Shown: positions 1-11,722 of the stretch, piece after piece
How positions within the stretch are numbered: the first letter of the stretch is position 1
Layout: each line of letters begins with the position of its first letter
Sequence record: MT612988.1
DNA: 64,000 nucleotides
Reading direction: 5' to 3' (one strand)
Made by a program: the position numbers and the translations under genes
The notes under the pieces: model-generated
Database searches by the model: none
Told to the model about the DNA's origin: nothing
Seen by the model: the letters and a program-made list of their open reading frames with translations, nothing else

Positions 1-1213
1 AACGCTTAACGAATTTCGTGAATTTCAGCTCATCACGCGAAATTTCAGTGCCTTGACCGAAGTTGATACCACCATTTTGATCTTCTGTCGCTGCGCGTGA
101 TGTAGGAATACGCATCGCTTTGTACAACTTACGATTGAAGTACAGAACGTCTTCGATGTCACCAAGTGACTGACCGCCAGGTAGTGTGCTTACTTCTGTA
201 CCCTTCGAACCTTCTCGGCGAGGAAGATAGTAATCTTCAAGCATTGACATTGCGTTAGTCGTATTCTTGACTTTACCTGTTGATGTATCATACACAATGC
301 GGTTTTTAACGTTTTGCATGATGCCGTTTACGTATTGCTGTGCTTTCTGAGTTGGCAAGTTACCTACGTCAACATAAAACACTCGACGTTCAGGTGCACG
401 TGCTAGACGGTATATTACCAATGCGTCTTCTAGCATCTTCAACTGGTTCGCAGGTTTAATTGCGCGATCTAAGTAGCCGATAATATACGGCTCGTCAGCA
501 CATCCCTTCATTAACCCGCTGTGAGCAAATACGATAGCATCTTTCGGAATTCTGAATGATGATTGTGAGCGAGAAGAACCACTCATCCATGACGGCATTT
601 TGTAATCAGATTGCTTGTAAACGTAATACTCAAGCGTGCCCTTTACAACTTCAACACCATCAATAGTCTCTTTTTGAATTTCGCGAACTAGTTCCATTTT
701 TGTCGGGTCTAGCGGGCGCAACTCAATGATATTATCTTCTTTGTCTAGAATTTTGTGAAAGTAGATTCGAGAATCAACGTACCATTTTCGAAACCACTTG
801 TAGCCGTGCTTACGCATCTGTAGTAAGCCAACCACTCGATCAAATTCTTCGTTAATTTTAGTCTTGATATTTTCTGAGAAGTCAGTGTTGTCTAAGTTCA
901 ACCACACAACTTCTTTATCGTTTTCATAAACGATAGCCTCATCGACGATTTCTTGAATAGCATCATCGACTTCGTGATATTCTGCTAGTGCTCGATATCC
1001 CTTTATCAACTCTTTTACGGGTACTGTCCCTTGAGCAGATTGACCGTCAGTCGGGATAAAGTTAGTTCCCATTTGAGGTGCTAATAAGTTAGTATGAATC
1101 TCTTTAGCACCATCTACGTTATCTGGCGCAGAAAACGAACGGACAGGGTTTTTATCGATTTGTTGTATTTCCTGTTCTTCTTCTTTCGCCCAGAATTTCA
1201 TAAACTCTAACAT
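1..1213 (-). CDS. gp20: portal vertex protein (runs off window edge)
   Basis: ATG at 1213 gives MLEFMKFWAKEE...SFSAPDNVDGA (T4 portal APDNxDGA motif). It lies directly downstream of gp19, and no stop is reached before the edge, so it is absent from the ORF track. Confidence 0.93.
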   Translation of the reverse strand, partial: MLEFMKFWAKEEEQEIQQIDKNPVRSFSAPDNVDGAKEIHTNLLAPQMGTNFIPTDGQSAQGTVPVKELIKGYRALAEYHEVDDAIQEIVDEAIVYENDKEVVWLNLDNTDFSENIKTKINEEFDRVVGLLQMRKHGYKWFRKWYVDSRIYFHKILDKEDNIIELRPLDPTKMELVREIQKETIDGVEVVKGTLEYYVYKQSDYKMPSWMSGSSRSQSSFRIPKDAIVFAHSGLMKGCADEPYIIGYLDRAIKPANQLKMLEDALVIYRLARAPERRVFYVDVGNLPTQKAQQYVNGIMQNVKNRIVYDTSTGKVKNTTNAMSMLEDYYLPRREGSKGTEVSTLPGGQSLGDIEDVLYFNRKLYKAMRIPTSRAATEDQNGGINFGQGTEISRDELKFTKFVKR

Positions 1214-1252
1214 ATTTTTACCTCAATAAAGGGGCAATTAAGCCCCTAGTCT

Positions 1253-1753
1253 TTAGTCCATTGTGAAGTAGTCTAGGCTGAATGTTACTTCAAACGTTTC
1301 GATTTCGTTGTTTGAGTCCCAATCAAGCGCAACTTCACCGACCATTGTTGGGAAGATACCGAATACAGTTGCTGAAGTAGTCGGGTCGCCATTACGGTCT
1401 AATTGCGTGATTGTACCAGTACGCTTGTACTGATCTGGCGTCTCACCTGAAATGTCTTTACCTAAGCCTACTGCACGAGCTTGCCATGCCAAGATAGCTT
1501 TACGAATGTCGTGATTCTCATCATTGTAAACCGTAACGTTCCAATCATCGAAAGTACGATCACCTGCGATGTTGTATTTACGGTTCTGATATGAGACCTC
1601 AAGCTTTTCAACGCTGCCCGGTGGCATAGAAGAAGCTCGACATTGGAATTTAAAATTTTGTCCCAGATACGGAATCTCAACTTCGAACAAGTTTGGACGA
1701 GCGAAATCACCGTTACTGAAAGCTCTTTTAATGTTGTCTACATTAAGTGCCAT
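1253..1753 (-). CDS. gp19: tail tube protein
   Basis: GDFARPNLFEVEIP, AGDRTFDDWNVTVYND; T4 gp19 motifs and synteny. Confidence 0.97.
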   Translation of the reverse strand: MALNVDNIKRAFSNGDFARPNLFEVEIPYLGQNFKFQCRASSMPPGSVEKLEVSYQNRKYNIAGDRTFDDWNVTVYNDENHDIRKAILAWQARAVGLGKDISGETPDQYKRTGTITQLDRNGDPTTSATVFGIFPTMVGEVALDWDSNNEIETFEVTFSLDYFTMD

Positions 1754-1804
1754 TTTCTCTTACCTTATTATTTAGAGGGGCTAAAAAGCCCCTCGTGATT
1801 GCTC

Positions 1805-3820
1805 TTAGCCGATGATTTCTGCAAAGTCAGCGTCAGTTGACGTTGCTACGAAGTTCAGCGTAATGTAGTTGATTGACTTAGCAGGTTTCACGTAGATACT
1901 TGCTACAAACTCGTTTCTGTCGATGACAGACCCTGGGTTGTTTGTCTCATCACATACAACACGGAAATCGTAAATACCGCCTAGATCTTGAATGTTAGTC
2001 AAGTAAGCGTCGATTTCTGATTTGAAGCTTGAGCGTGTGAACTCATCGTTCAATTCGAATAGACGATACTTAGCAGCATCTGAGATCGCTTTCTTCAGCA
2101 AGTTGAACAGACGACGCACGTTAATGCGGTCAAATGCACTTGCTTGCTGTGTAGCAGTCTTATCACCGTATAGTACGAAGCCTTGACCTGCAAAGCCCAC
2201 TACAGGGTTAATACCGATTTGATATAGCGCATCACGGTGAGCACGACGTAGATCAACTGCTAGACGGTTTACGCCCTTGATTTGACCACGATTGAAGCCC
2301 GCTGGTGACATCCAAGGTTGAGAAACTTGGTCAGTGTAAGCACATAGACCTGCAATATCACCCGCTAGAGGAACCCAACGATTGCGATCTGAGTACTTGT
2401 CGTACTGATACTTATAGTTACCGTCAACCACTGCATAAGTCGTGCTTACGTTTAGATTGTCAGTTACAGGTTGACCGTTAGTCGGGTCGATACCCGTGCG
2501 CCAGCCTTGAATATTCGCTACTGCAACATGCGCTTGTTTGTTGATTACGTGAACACCCGGTGGCGATACGAAAACAACACAGTCTTGACGTACATTACCA
2601 ACTGAGTCAATCGCGTATTTCTGAACAGTCGATGCAATTGATAGCTCTTCTGCCGCAGCATTACCCGCAATGATCAAGTTTGTGTAAAGCACTTCTGGGT
2701 CAGATAGCATATCTAGACCAAGCATCCAGTCGTCTGCGCCAGCGTTAGCGTCGTAACCACCACCAAGATTGTATGCACCTGAGCCAGTATTCCAACCCTC
2801 TGCTATCGCAGTGATGTACGCAGAACCGCTATTTTCAAAGTACTCGTCGATGAAAATAGATTGACCGTTCACGTCTTTGTCACCTGGGTTCGTAGAAACG
2901 ATGAACGCTTCTTCAACTTCACCAGATACGCGAACAATTACAGCGTATTGGTTGCTGTTTGCAGGGCCGAAAGTGAAGTAACTAGCTAGGTTGATTGAAC
3001 GAGTACCACCATCTGGGTAGATTGGTAGATCGATGTCACCTAGTGTATGACCAGCCGCGAATGCAAATGCAGTCTGATAGTCGGAGTAGTTAATCACTTC
3101 AACAGAAATGTTGTCACCATAGCTACCAACATAACGTGCAGCAATACGAGAGAAACCTTGCTTCTCGATTAGATCAGCGTATTTCAATGCACCGCCTTCA
3201 GTTTCAATCTCTGTTAACGCACCTGTTGACAATTCGATATTAGGGAAGTATACTGAACCAGTATCGATAATTTCAATCGCAGAAAGTGCAATATCACCTT
3301 GAGTTGGTTGTAGTGTAACTGTACCCACGCCCGGGTAGTTCCCGTCAGCTTTAGCAGCCGCAACGATCTCTGCCGAAGGCAAGAAAATCTTAGTTGCTGC
3401 GTTGTTGTTACCCGCATCTACTTCAAGTACTTTACCTTTTTCAGTAAGCGGACCAACACCTGAGTAAGTAATCGTGATTTCATCACCAACAACACAGCCG
3501 TTTGATGCACCTAGCGTGTATTCAACAGCGTTGTATAATGCAGTCGCGTTCTGAGCACTTGACTCATCACAGATACGCACTAGACGTAGATCGTTACCAT
3601 ACTTCAAGAAGTTGTTCGCAGTCATGAATGATGCTGCGGTATAGTCGTTTGGACGACCGAAAATAGTAACCAAGTCGGACTCTGAAGTTACTTGAGTGAT
3701 GCTGTATGCTGGACCCCACTCAAATTTCCCCACCATAGCAGCACGCCCTGTAGACGCACGACCGATAGCACTTGCAAGGTTAATCTCTTTATTTTCGACA
3801 CCCGGAGATAAAAGAGTCAT
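1805..3820 (-). CDS. gp18: tail sheath protein
   Basis: MTLLSPGVENKE, FEWGPA, WMSPAGFNRG, FDRINVRRLF. Confidence 0.98.
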   Translation of the reverse strand: MTLLSPGVENKEINLASAIGRASTGRAAMVGKFEWGPAYSITQVTSESDLVTIFGRPNDYTAASFMTANNFLKYGNDLRLVRICDESSAQNATALYNAVEYTLGASNGCVVGDEITITYSGVGPLTEKGKVLEVDAGNNNAATKIFLPSAEIVAAAKADGNYPGVGTVTLQPTQGDIALSAIEIIDTGSVYFPNIELSTGALTEIETEGGALKYADLIEKQGFSRIAARYVGSYGDNISVEVINYSDYQTAFAFAAGHTLGDIDLPIYPDGGTRSINLASYFTFGPANSNQYAVIVRVSGEVEEAFIVSTNPGDKDVNGQSIFIDEYFENSGSAYITAIAEGWNTGSGAYNLGGGYDANAGADDWMLGLDMLSDPEVLYTNLIIAGNAAAEELSIASTVQKYAIDSVGNVRQDCVVFVSPPGVHVINKQAHVAVANIQGWRTGIDPTNGQPVTDNLNVSTTYAVVDGNYKYQYDKYSDRNRWVPLAGDIAGLCAYTDQVSQPWMSPAGFNRGQIKGVNRLAVDLRRAHRDALYQIGINPVVGFAGQGFVLYGDKTATQQASAFDRINVRRLFNLLKKAISDAAKYRLFELNDEFTRSSFKSEIDAYLTNIQDLGGIYDFRVVCDETNNPGSVIDRNEFVASIYVKPAKSINYITLNFVATSTDADFAEIIG

Positions 3821-3857
3821 TTATTTTTCCTTACCATTAAGTTGTTTGTTCATTTAA

Positions 3858-3865
3858 TATTTATA
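3858..3865 (-). promoter_or_regulatory. T4-type late promoter TATAAATA upstream of gp18
   Basis: + strand tatttata, 38 nt upstream of the gp18 start. Confidence 0.8.
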
Positions 3866-3866
3866 A

Positions 3867-6177
<2,311 letters not shown>

Positions 6178-6287
6178 ACGTTCCTCTCTAAAACGCTCTG
6201 TGAGCGTTTTTCAATAATATGAGTACAAACACTCAATACAATAGACAAACGCTGCGTACGTTAAGCACACAGCGATATAAACAGGCA

Positions 6288-6836
6288 TTAAGCGTCAGTG
6301 TCTCCACGAACAGTAATAGTTGCAGTTTCTAATGCTGCCGCTGCACCTGCATTGATAGTACGCCTAACCCAAATTGCTCGATATTCACCTGCCGCTAAAT
6401 TACCGATATCAAGACCTGATTCGAATGTCGAATGTTCACCGAATACAACCGCTGACAATTCAGTACCTGAATCAACTTCGTCATTTAGAGTGATAAGCGA
6501 ATCAACGCCGTTAAGCGCCACTGGGTCTAGACCTAGCTCGATAGTAGAATCTGCCGATGCTGTATTGGCAGACATATACACCATTGCATCATACAAAGTT
6601 AGCGATGGGTGGTTATTTTTGACGTAAATTAAGCGATACTCAACACGACCTGAAGAAGCTTCAGATGAAGGTACCGCATCGAAAAGATCATGAACTTGAC
6701 CTGAAACTAGCTCGGTAGCACTGATACCACCACCCAGTGAATCAACTTCTTGATCGTTTGTGTTGCCGTTTCCCGGCGAAGCCGCAACTACGTGCAGACT
6801 TTTATTAAATCTTAAATCACCTGTTACGATAGGCAT
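6288..6836 (-). CDS. hypothetical beta-rich protein between gp15 and gp16, probably virion-associated
   Basis: 182-aa ORF with GGAG RBS inside the late operon; no family recognised. Confidence 0.7.
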   Translation of the reverse strand: MPIVTGDLRFNKSLHVVAASPGNGNTNDQEVDSLGGGISATELVSGQVHDLFDAVPSSEASSGRVEYRLIYVKNNHPSLTLYDAMVYMSANTASADSTIELGLDPVALNGVDSLITLNDEVDSGTELSAVVFGEHSTFESGLDIGNLAAGEYRAIWVRRTINAGAAAALETATITVRGDTDA

Positions 6837-6888
6837 GATTTCTCTCCAAAAAGATAAGGACGGTCTTCATATTTAGAAGACCACCATA

Positions 6889-7950
6889 TTAGTTTTCAAT
6901 GTTGTACGTCACGTCAGTAGAGCTAATGACAGCTTCACGAGAATGATCCCAAACTACACCGTACGAGCCGCCCACTTCATCTCTGTTATACCAGTAGATG
7001 TTATAATCGCTATCAATTGTAGATCGAGTAGACCAATCAAATTCACTTGATGCGCTCACTGAACTATATGTCGAATACTCAACATCAATATTACCGCTCG
7101 TGCTGAATCGTCTCGACCAATCAACATCAAGCTCGCTGCTTATATCACTACGTGTATTCCAAACAACATCGTATGATGATTCGATTCTATAACGCCAGCT
7201 AATTGAACTAGCAGCATCGACTTGGGAACGAACGCTCCAATCAATGTCACATGAACTAGAAACAGCTTCACGCTCTGCATGAATGATTGCTTGCTCTTCG
7301 TCTTGGAAGTTCAAGTAGATTGTTCTAATCTCACCGAACTGAGCATTTGTAGGCGGGTATAACCAGCCTTTTAGTCGCAAGTTCAACGTCCATTCGATAT
7401 GTCGCATATCGCCAGCCGCGCCTTCAAATGTGGTTTCAGGTACGGCAGATTCTAAAATGATAGGAATGTCACGTTCATCGACTACTACCTCATTTTCATC
7501 AAGCTCTTTAATCATCGTGTTAAATTGAGGTTGAAAATAGGGTAGTACTTGTTCTATAATCTGATATGCATCATCTTGATGTCGCGTGTAAACACTGACT
7601 TCAAATTCGAAGTCGTAAGGAACAGGGTTGAACAGTTTGTTCGACTTCGGTCGATCTCCTGTGTAATCGCGTGTCAACTTACGGTTTGCAATATTAGTTT
7701 TTCTAGTCGCGTCATATGTACACGACACCATGTCCAAGCCAATTCTTGGTAGTAGCGTAGCTACATTAGCTACACTATTGTCGCCGTTAAGCTCTTGACT
7801 GTTCAAAGACGCAACGAATTGCTCCTTTGATGAAACTGTAATTGGCACCTTTCTATACGCATCCCCGCGAGACACGTATATGTTAGAGAACAAGTTTCCC
7901 ATCAAGAGAACGTATTTGCGTATCGATCTGTGATAGAAATACCCTTTCAC
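6889..7950 (-). CDS. gp15: tail sheath stabiliser/terminator with C-terminal repeat extension
   Basis: YFYHRSIRKYVLLMGNLFS, PVPYDFEFE, QIIEQVLPYFQP; extra ~120 aa of Trp-periodic repeats. Confidence 0.9.
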   Translation of the reverse strand: MKGYFYHRSIRKYVLLMGNLFSNIYVSRGDAYRKVPITVSSKEQFVASLNSQELNGDNSVANVATLLPRIGLDMVSCTYDATRKTNIANRKLTRDYTGDRPKSNKLFNPVPYDFEFEVSVYTRHQDDAYQIIEQVLPYFQPQFNTMIKELDENEVVVDERDIPIILESAVPETTFEGAAGDMRHIEWTLNLRLKGWLYPPTNAQFGEIRTIYLNFQDEEQAIIHAEREAVSSSCDIDWSVRSQVDAASSISWRYRIESSYDVVWNTRSDISSELDVDWSRRFSTSGNIDVEYSTYSSVSASSEFDWSTRSTIDSDYNIYWYNRDEVGGSYGVVWDHSREAVISSTDVTYNIEN

Positions 7951-7959
7951 GATGCCCCC

Positions 7960-8799
7960 TTAAAAACTATCGAATGGATTACTGTTATTTACATTAAACC
8001 CGATTGGTGCTTCTTGACGTGGGTCTGTTGGTTTAACATCACTACCCTGAGGCACAACTTGCTCAGATTCGTAGTATTTTTCAACTTCATCTTCAATTTG
8101 AGTAATTTCATCACCTTGCTCGATGCCGATGTCCCAGCGACCATCAAGTGAATTGATCTTGTCAATATCAATCATTTCGTCAGTATCTTGACCAAAGTTT
8201 AAAATGTCGTCAATCGAGTCAACAACTGCGTCTGGCTTCTCAAGATTGATTTCCTCACCAGAGTATACGAATTTCGTCATTTTCATCTTACGCATAGGCA
8301 AAACACCATTCATATACCACGGGTCTTCTCTTTCAACCCAACTAATCTCAAATAGACTGTTAGCAAGAGGGAAATATATCAAGTCACCCATTAGCGGTTG
8401 ATTGCCATCTCCTTGTTGAGCGAACAGTTTTGGGTTGATACAGACATTCATTTCATCGTTAACTTGAAAGCCGAACTTACTATACCAATCGCCGTCGCCA
8501 TCCCAGCCGTCAAATGATTCAACATACAACGCCATTCTGAAGTTCTTTGTAAATTTACTCAACGGATCTTCGCCGAATACAAGGTCGACGTTTTGCATTT
8601 CACGTCGAATGTAAACACATTCAACGCCACGGTTGATGATAGACTCTGCAACAAGCATGTCTGTTAAATTCTGTTCGTTGGTATGATTTACCCAGTTGAA
8701 ATAAGGGTTGACTAAATGATCATTGTAGATCTTGTCAAACCCTTTTTGACTTTCCAACTTAGCGAACATACCACCTGTATTGTCGTCGTATGCTCCCAT
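7960..8799 (-). CDS. gp14: neck protein
   Basis: NPYFNW, LVAESIINRG, SKFGFQVNDE, GDLIYFPLANSLFEI. Confidence 0.95.
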   Translation of the reverse strand: MGAYDDNTGGMFAKLESQKGFDKIYNDHLVNPYFNWVNHTNEQNLTDMLVAESIINRGVECVYIRREMQNVDLVFGEDPLSKFTKNFRMALYVESFDGWDGDGDWYSKFGFQVNDEMNVCINPKLFAQQGDGNQPLMGDLIYFPLANSLFEISWVEREDPWYMNGVLPMRKMKMTKFVYSGEEINLEKPDAVVDSIDDILNFGQDTDEMIDIDKINSLDGRWDIGIEQGDEITQIEDEVEKYYESEQVVPQGSDVKPTDPRQEAPIGFNVNNSNPFDSF

Positions 8800-8802
8800 A
8801 AA

Positions 8803-9732
8803 TCACCCCATGAATACGCCAAGCGGAACGGTCAGTGACATAAGTTCTTCACGTAAGCGATTCATTTCTTCTTCTGCCTCTGCGTAAATCTCTTTACCGT
8901 CTACTGTAATACCACCTGGTAATTGAAGCCCTTGGTGCTTCTTCAGAATCGTACCGTTAAGCTGTTTAACCATAGCAGTAGCCATGTCTTTAACCCAACG
9001 CACCGAATATGCGTTCTGTTCAGCGAACTGGTTAGGGTTACCGATTGTGTTATTCTGTCTTAGAATCGCATACGGGTCATCCCAACGCTCTTGCGCTGTA
9101 GTGTCTTCATATGAACCAATTGTTGCTGCTTTGTTACCGATGATACCAGTCGCAGATTCAGAAACTAACAATGCACTAGGAACATATGCTTCGACTACAA
9201 CAACTTCATTCGGTTGCAAATTGGCATTGATGCGCAATTGTTTGTTAACACCATTATACCAGTAATCGTGTTCTGGTGACATTAAGTCCATCATCAAACT
9301 TTTGTATGACATCAAGTTCCAATAATCACTTAAACCGCCACCACTACCACCTAACATACCTTGATGATACGAATTGCATGAACCTTGTCCTGCACCGCCC
9401 GCGAGACCTTGTAAAAAGTCGCTGAACCATGAGTATGTCGCAGTCCCGTCCATTGTGAAGAAGCTACTCTCACCGCGCAAAATTTTTGTGATCGCAGTCG
9501 CAGGGATATCAAGATCTATGATACCTGTTTGAGCTTGTTCTTCAGACAATGAAATGATAGAATATGTTTTGTTCACCCCGTCTGGGTGATATTCAATGTA
9601 AAGTTCTAGCGCACGTGAAATGCAGTCGTATATCTGATCTTCAGATACTTCGACATTGACAATAGGCGCACCAAGGCGCCTTAAAATCAAATCTTTCATT
9701 TCACGAGGCGATGTAGCGTTATACGCTTGCAT
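8803..9732 (-). CDS. gp13: neck protein
   Basis: ILRRLGAPIVNVEV, WVKDMATA, LPGGITVDG. Confidence 0.95.
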   Translation of the reverse strand: MQAYNATSPREMKDLILRRLGAPIVNVEVSEDQIYDCISRALELYIEYHPDGVNKTYSIISLSEEQAQTGIIDLDIPATAITKILRGESSFFTMDGTATYSWFSDFLQGLAGGAGQGSCNSYHQGMLGGSGGGLSDYWNLMSYKSLMMDLMSPEHDYWYNGVNKQLRINANLQPNEVVVVEAYVPSALLVSESATGIIGNKAATIGSYEDTTAQERWDDPYAILRQNNTIGNPNQFAEQNAYSVRWVKDMATAMVKQLNGTILKKHQGLQLPGGITVDGKEIYAEAEEEMNRLREELMSLTVPLGVFMG

Positions 9733-9742
9733 AACTTACCCC

Positions 9743-11425
9743 TTATACTTTTAGTACAAATGATTCATGGTCGATAGTAACATTAGCCGCTGTACTAGCC
9801 AATACTCGAATCTCACTCAAGTCATCTAGATTCGCAACGTTAGTGATTGTAACTGGAGTAACTTGGTTTGCACGAAGCGTACGTGTTTTCTCGATTGATG
9901 AGCTTGTGCCGTTATCATGATCGAAATCAATTCGAATCGTGATTGTAGTGTTTACTGGTGAAACAACAACCCAATGAATAGACATCGTTTTGCTCAATGA
10001 TAGACCGTTACGTGTCAATACACCACCTGCATACGTGTAACCACTCACATCTGTCTCAAGATTAAATAAACTGAATACATCTGTAGGTGTAGTTGTCAAA
10101 TCAACTGTACTCGGAGTATCAGAAGACAATAATGCATGATCCAACTGTGCTTCAAGTTCCAGAACACGAGCACGCAATGTACCCACTTCGCTATCACTCT
10201 GACCAACTACAGCCAATAGACCGTCAACGTCTGCCTGAGCAGATTCAACTAAGCCACGGTTTTCTTGAATCGTGTACCATGCAGTGAATTCAACAGGGTT
10301 TGTACGCTCACCTAGACTAGACTCAAGCTGTGACACTCTGTAAGACACTGTGCCAGTTTCTGCGTCAGTAGCCCCTAAACGACCCCACAAGCTATTGATA
10401 TCGTCGTTAAACGTCGATAGACGAGCTTTCATGCTACCCGAGTACACGTCATCTACTGCGTATGAACCGATATCAGTTGACATTTCAATAAATAAATTAG
10501 TAACGGAGCCAATTTGTGACTGATTATCTGCAATTGTAACTTCATTCGCGCTAACGCGATCAAGTAGACCTGTAGTCGGCGTTTCAACTTCCTGTTGTAA
10601 TAATGCAATATCTGATGCGTTGTCTGAAATAGAACTTTCAGCATCATCAAGACGAAGATACACTGGACGACCAGAGTCAGCATCTGCCGTTTCACCTAGT
10701 TCATCACGAATCTGATCAACAGAACCAACTTGCGAGTTTTGTTCTAGTTCGTATAAACGACCGTTGATTGAAAGCGGGATTGCGTTCTCGCCGATTTCAG
10801 CGTTGATCGTAGCTGTTTTGTTGTACAGGTCTTCGATCTGATATTTCATACCAGTCGGGTTTGTACTAGGAGATGGGTTGCCGTTGACATCGTAGTTACG
10901 GTCATTACCAATACGACGCTTGATGAAATATAGATCTTTACGAACTGTATCGTTGTTTTCAACTTCGTTTGGAATATCTAGGCTGTTACGAACACCAATA
11001 TCTGCTTCAACATCTTCGATGCCTTTATGCAGACCTGTTGCAAGTACGTCAACGCTACTCGGTACACCGATGTCATCAATGACGTTAGTCATTTGACCTT
11101 CAAGTACATCAATATCAAACTCGTTTTGTGACACACGAGAACCTAAGTTAGCGTCACCGCCACCTGTCAGTTCGTTAACAGTATCAACAAGTTCTTCAAT
11201 TGCGCTTTGCTGTGCTTTTGTGTTGTAATGAGAGTTTAGAACGTTTTCTTGAATCTGTACTCCTGCGCGGTTTAATACACCGTCTGAAGTCGTGTCACCA
11301 GAAGCACCGTTGATGCTTTCACCGTTCTTAGCCCAATTGATTCGAGTCTGATCGGGACGTTGAGAAGGATCTGGTTGACCATTTACATATCTAAGCTCTT
11401 CAATGATAGGCTTTTGAATTGTCAT
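9743..11425 (-). CDS. wac: fibritin (whisker/collar fibre)
   Basis: LRYVNGQP..Q.RINWAKNGE...GVLNRAGVQIQEN N-terminus, then segmented coiled coil. Start taken at MTIQKP (11425), which follows an AGGG RBS. Confidence 0.88.
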   Translation of the reverse strand: MTIQKPIIEELRYVNGQPDPSQRPDQTRINWAKNGESINGASGDTTSDGVLNRAGVQIQENVLNSHYNTKAQQSAIEELVDTVNELTGGGDANLGSRVSQNEFDIDVLEGQMTNVIDDIGVPSSVDVLATGLHKGIEDVEADIGVRNSLDIPNEVENNDTVRKDLYFIKRRIGNDRNYDVNGNPSPSTNPTGMKYQIEDLYNKTATINAEIGENAIPLSINGRLYELEQNSQVGSVDQIRDELGETADADSGRPVYLRLDDAESSISDNASDIALLQQEVETPTTGLLDRVSANEVTIADNQSQIGSVTNLFIEMSTDIGSYAVDDVYSGSMKARLSTFNDDINSLWGRLGATDAETGTVSYRVSQLESSLGERTNPVEFTAWYTIQENRGLVESAQADVDGLLAVVGQSDSEVGTLRARVLELEAQLDHALLSSDTPSTVDLTTTPTDVFSLFNLETDVSGYTYAGGVLTRNGLSLSKTMSIHWVVVSPVNTTITIRIDFDHDNGTSSSIEKTRTLRANQVTPVTITNVANLDDLSEIRVLASTAANVTIDHESFVLKV

Positions 11426-11465
11426 TTTTTGTTCCCTTGTATTGTAAATGAACATAGCTTACTAC

Positions 11466-11473
11466 TATTTATA
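11466..11473 (-). promoter_or_regulatory. late promoter TATAAATA upstream of wac
   Basis: + strand tatttata. Confidence 0.75.
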
Positions 11474-11555
11474 GCAATACAAAGAAACAGAGAGGGAATG
11501 TCTTTATGTGTTAATAATAGCAAGCATATTCATGGTATTAAACACGTATTTAATA

Positions 11556-11644
11556 CTAATCATACTAATACTTCTAATATCACTAAAACCACTAATACTA
11601 CTAAGATGAGACGGAATTTTTCCGCCTCTTGCCATTTCTTCGCT
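11556..11644 (-). repeat. dispersed intergenic element copy 1 (hairpin plus six TTAG units at 9-nt period)
   Basis: Homologous to 37477-37572 in inverted orientation. Confidence 0.8.
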
Positions 11645-11654
11645 GCGCTAATAC

Positions 11655-11682
11655 AAAAAAGGGTGAGAAATCAATCTCACCC
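11655..11682 (-). terminator. intrinsic terminator after gp12
   Basis: GGGTGAGA/TCTCACCC stem with a T6 tract on the - strand. Confidence 0.8.
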
Positions 11683-11722
11683 GTTTATTAGCATTGACTT
11701 TCAAGCTATAATATGCTTGTCT

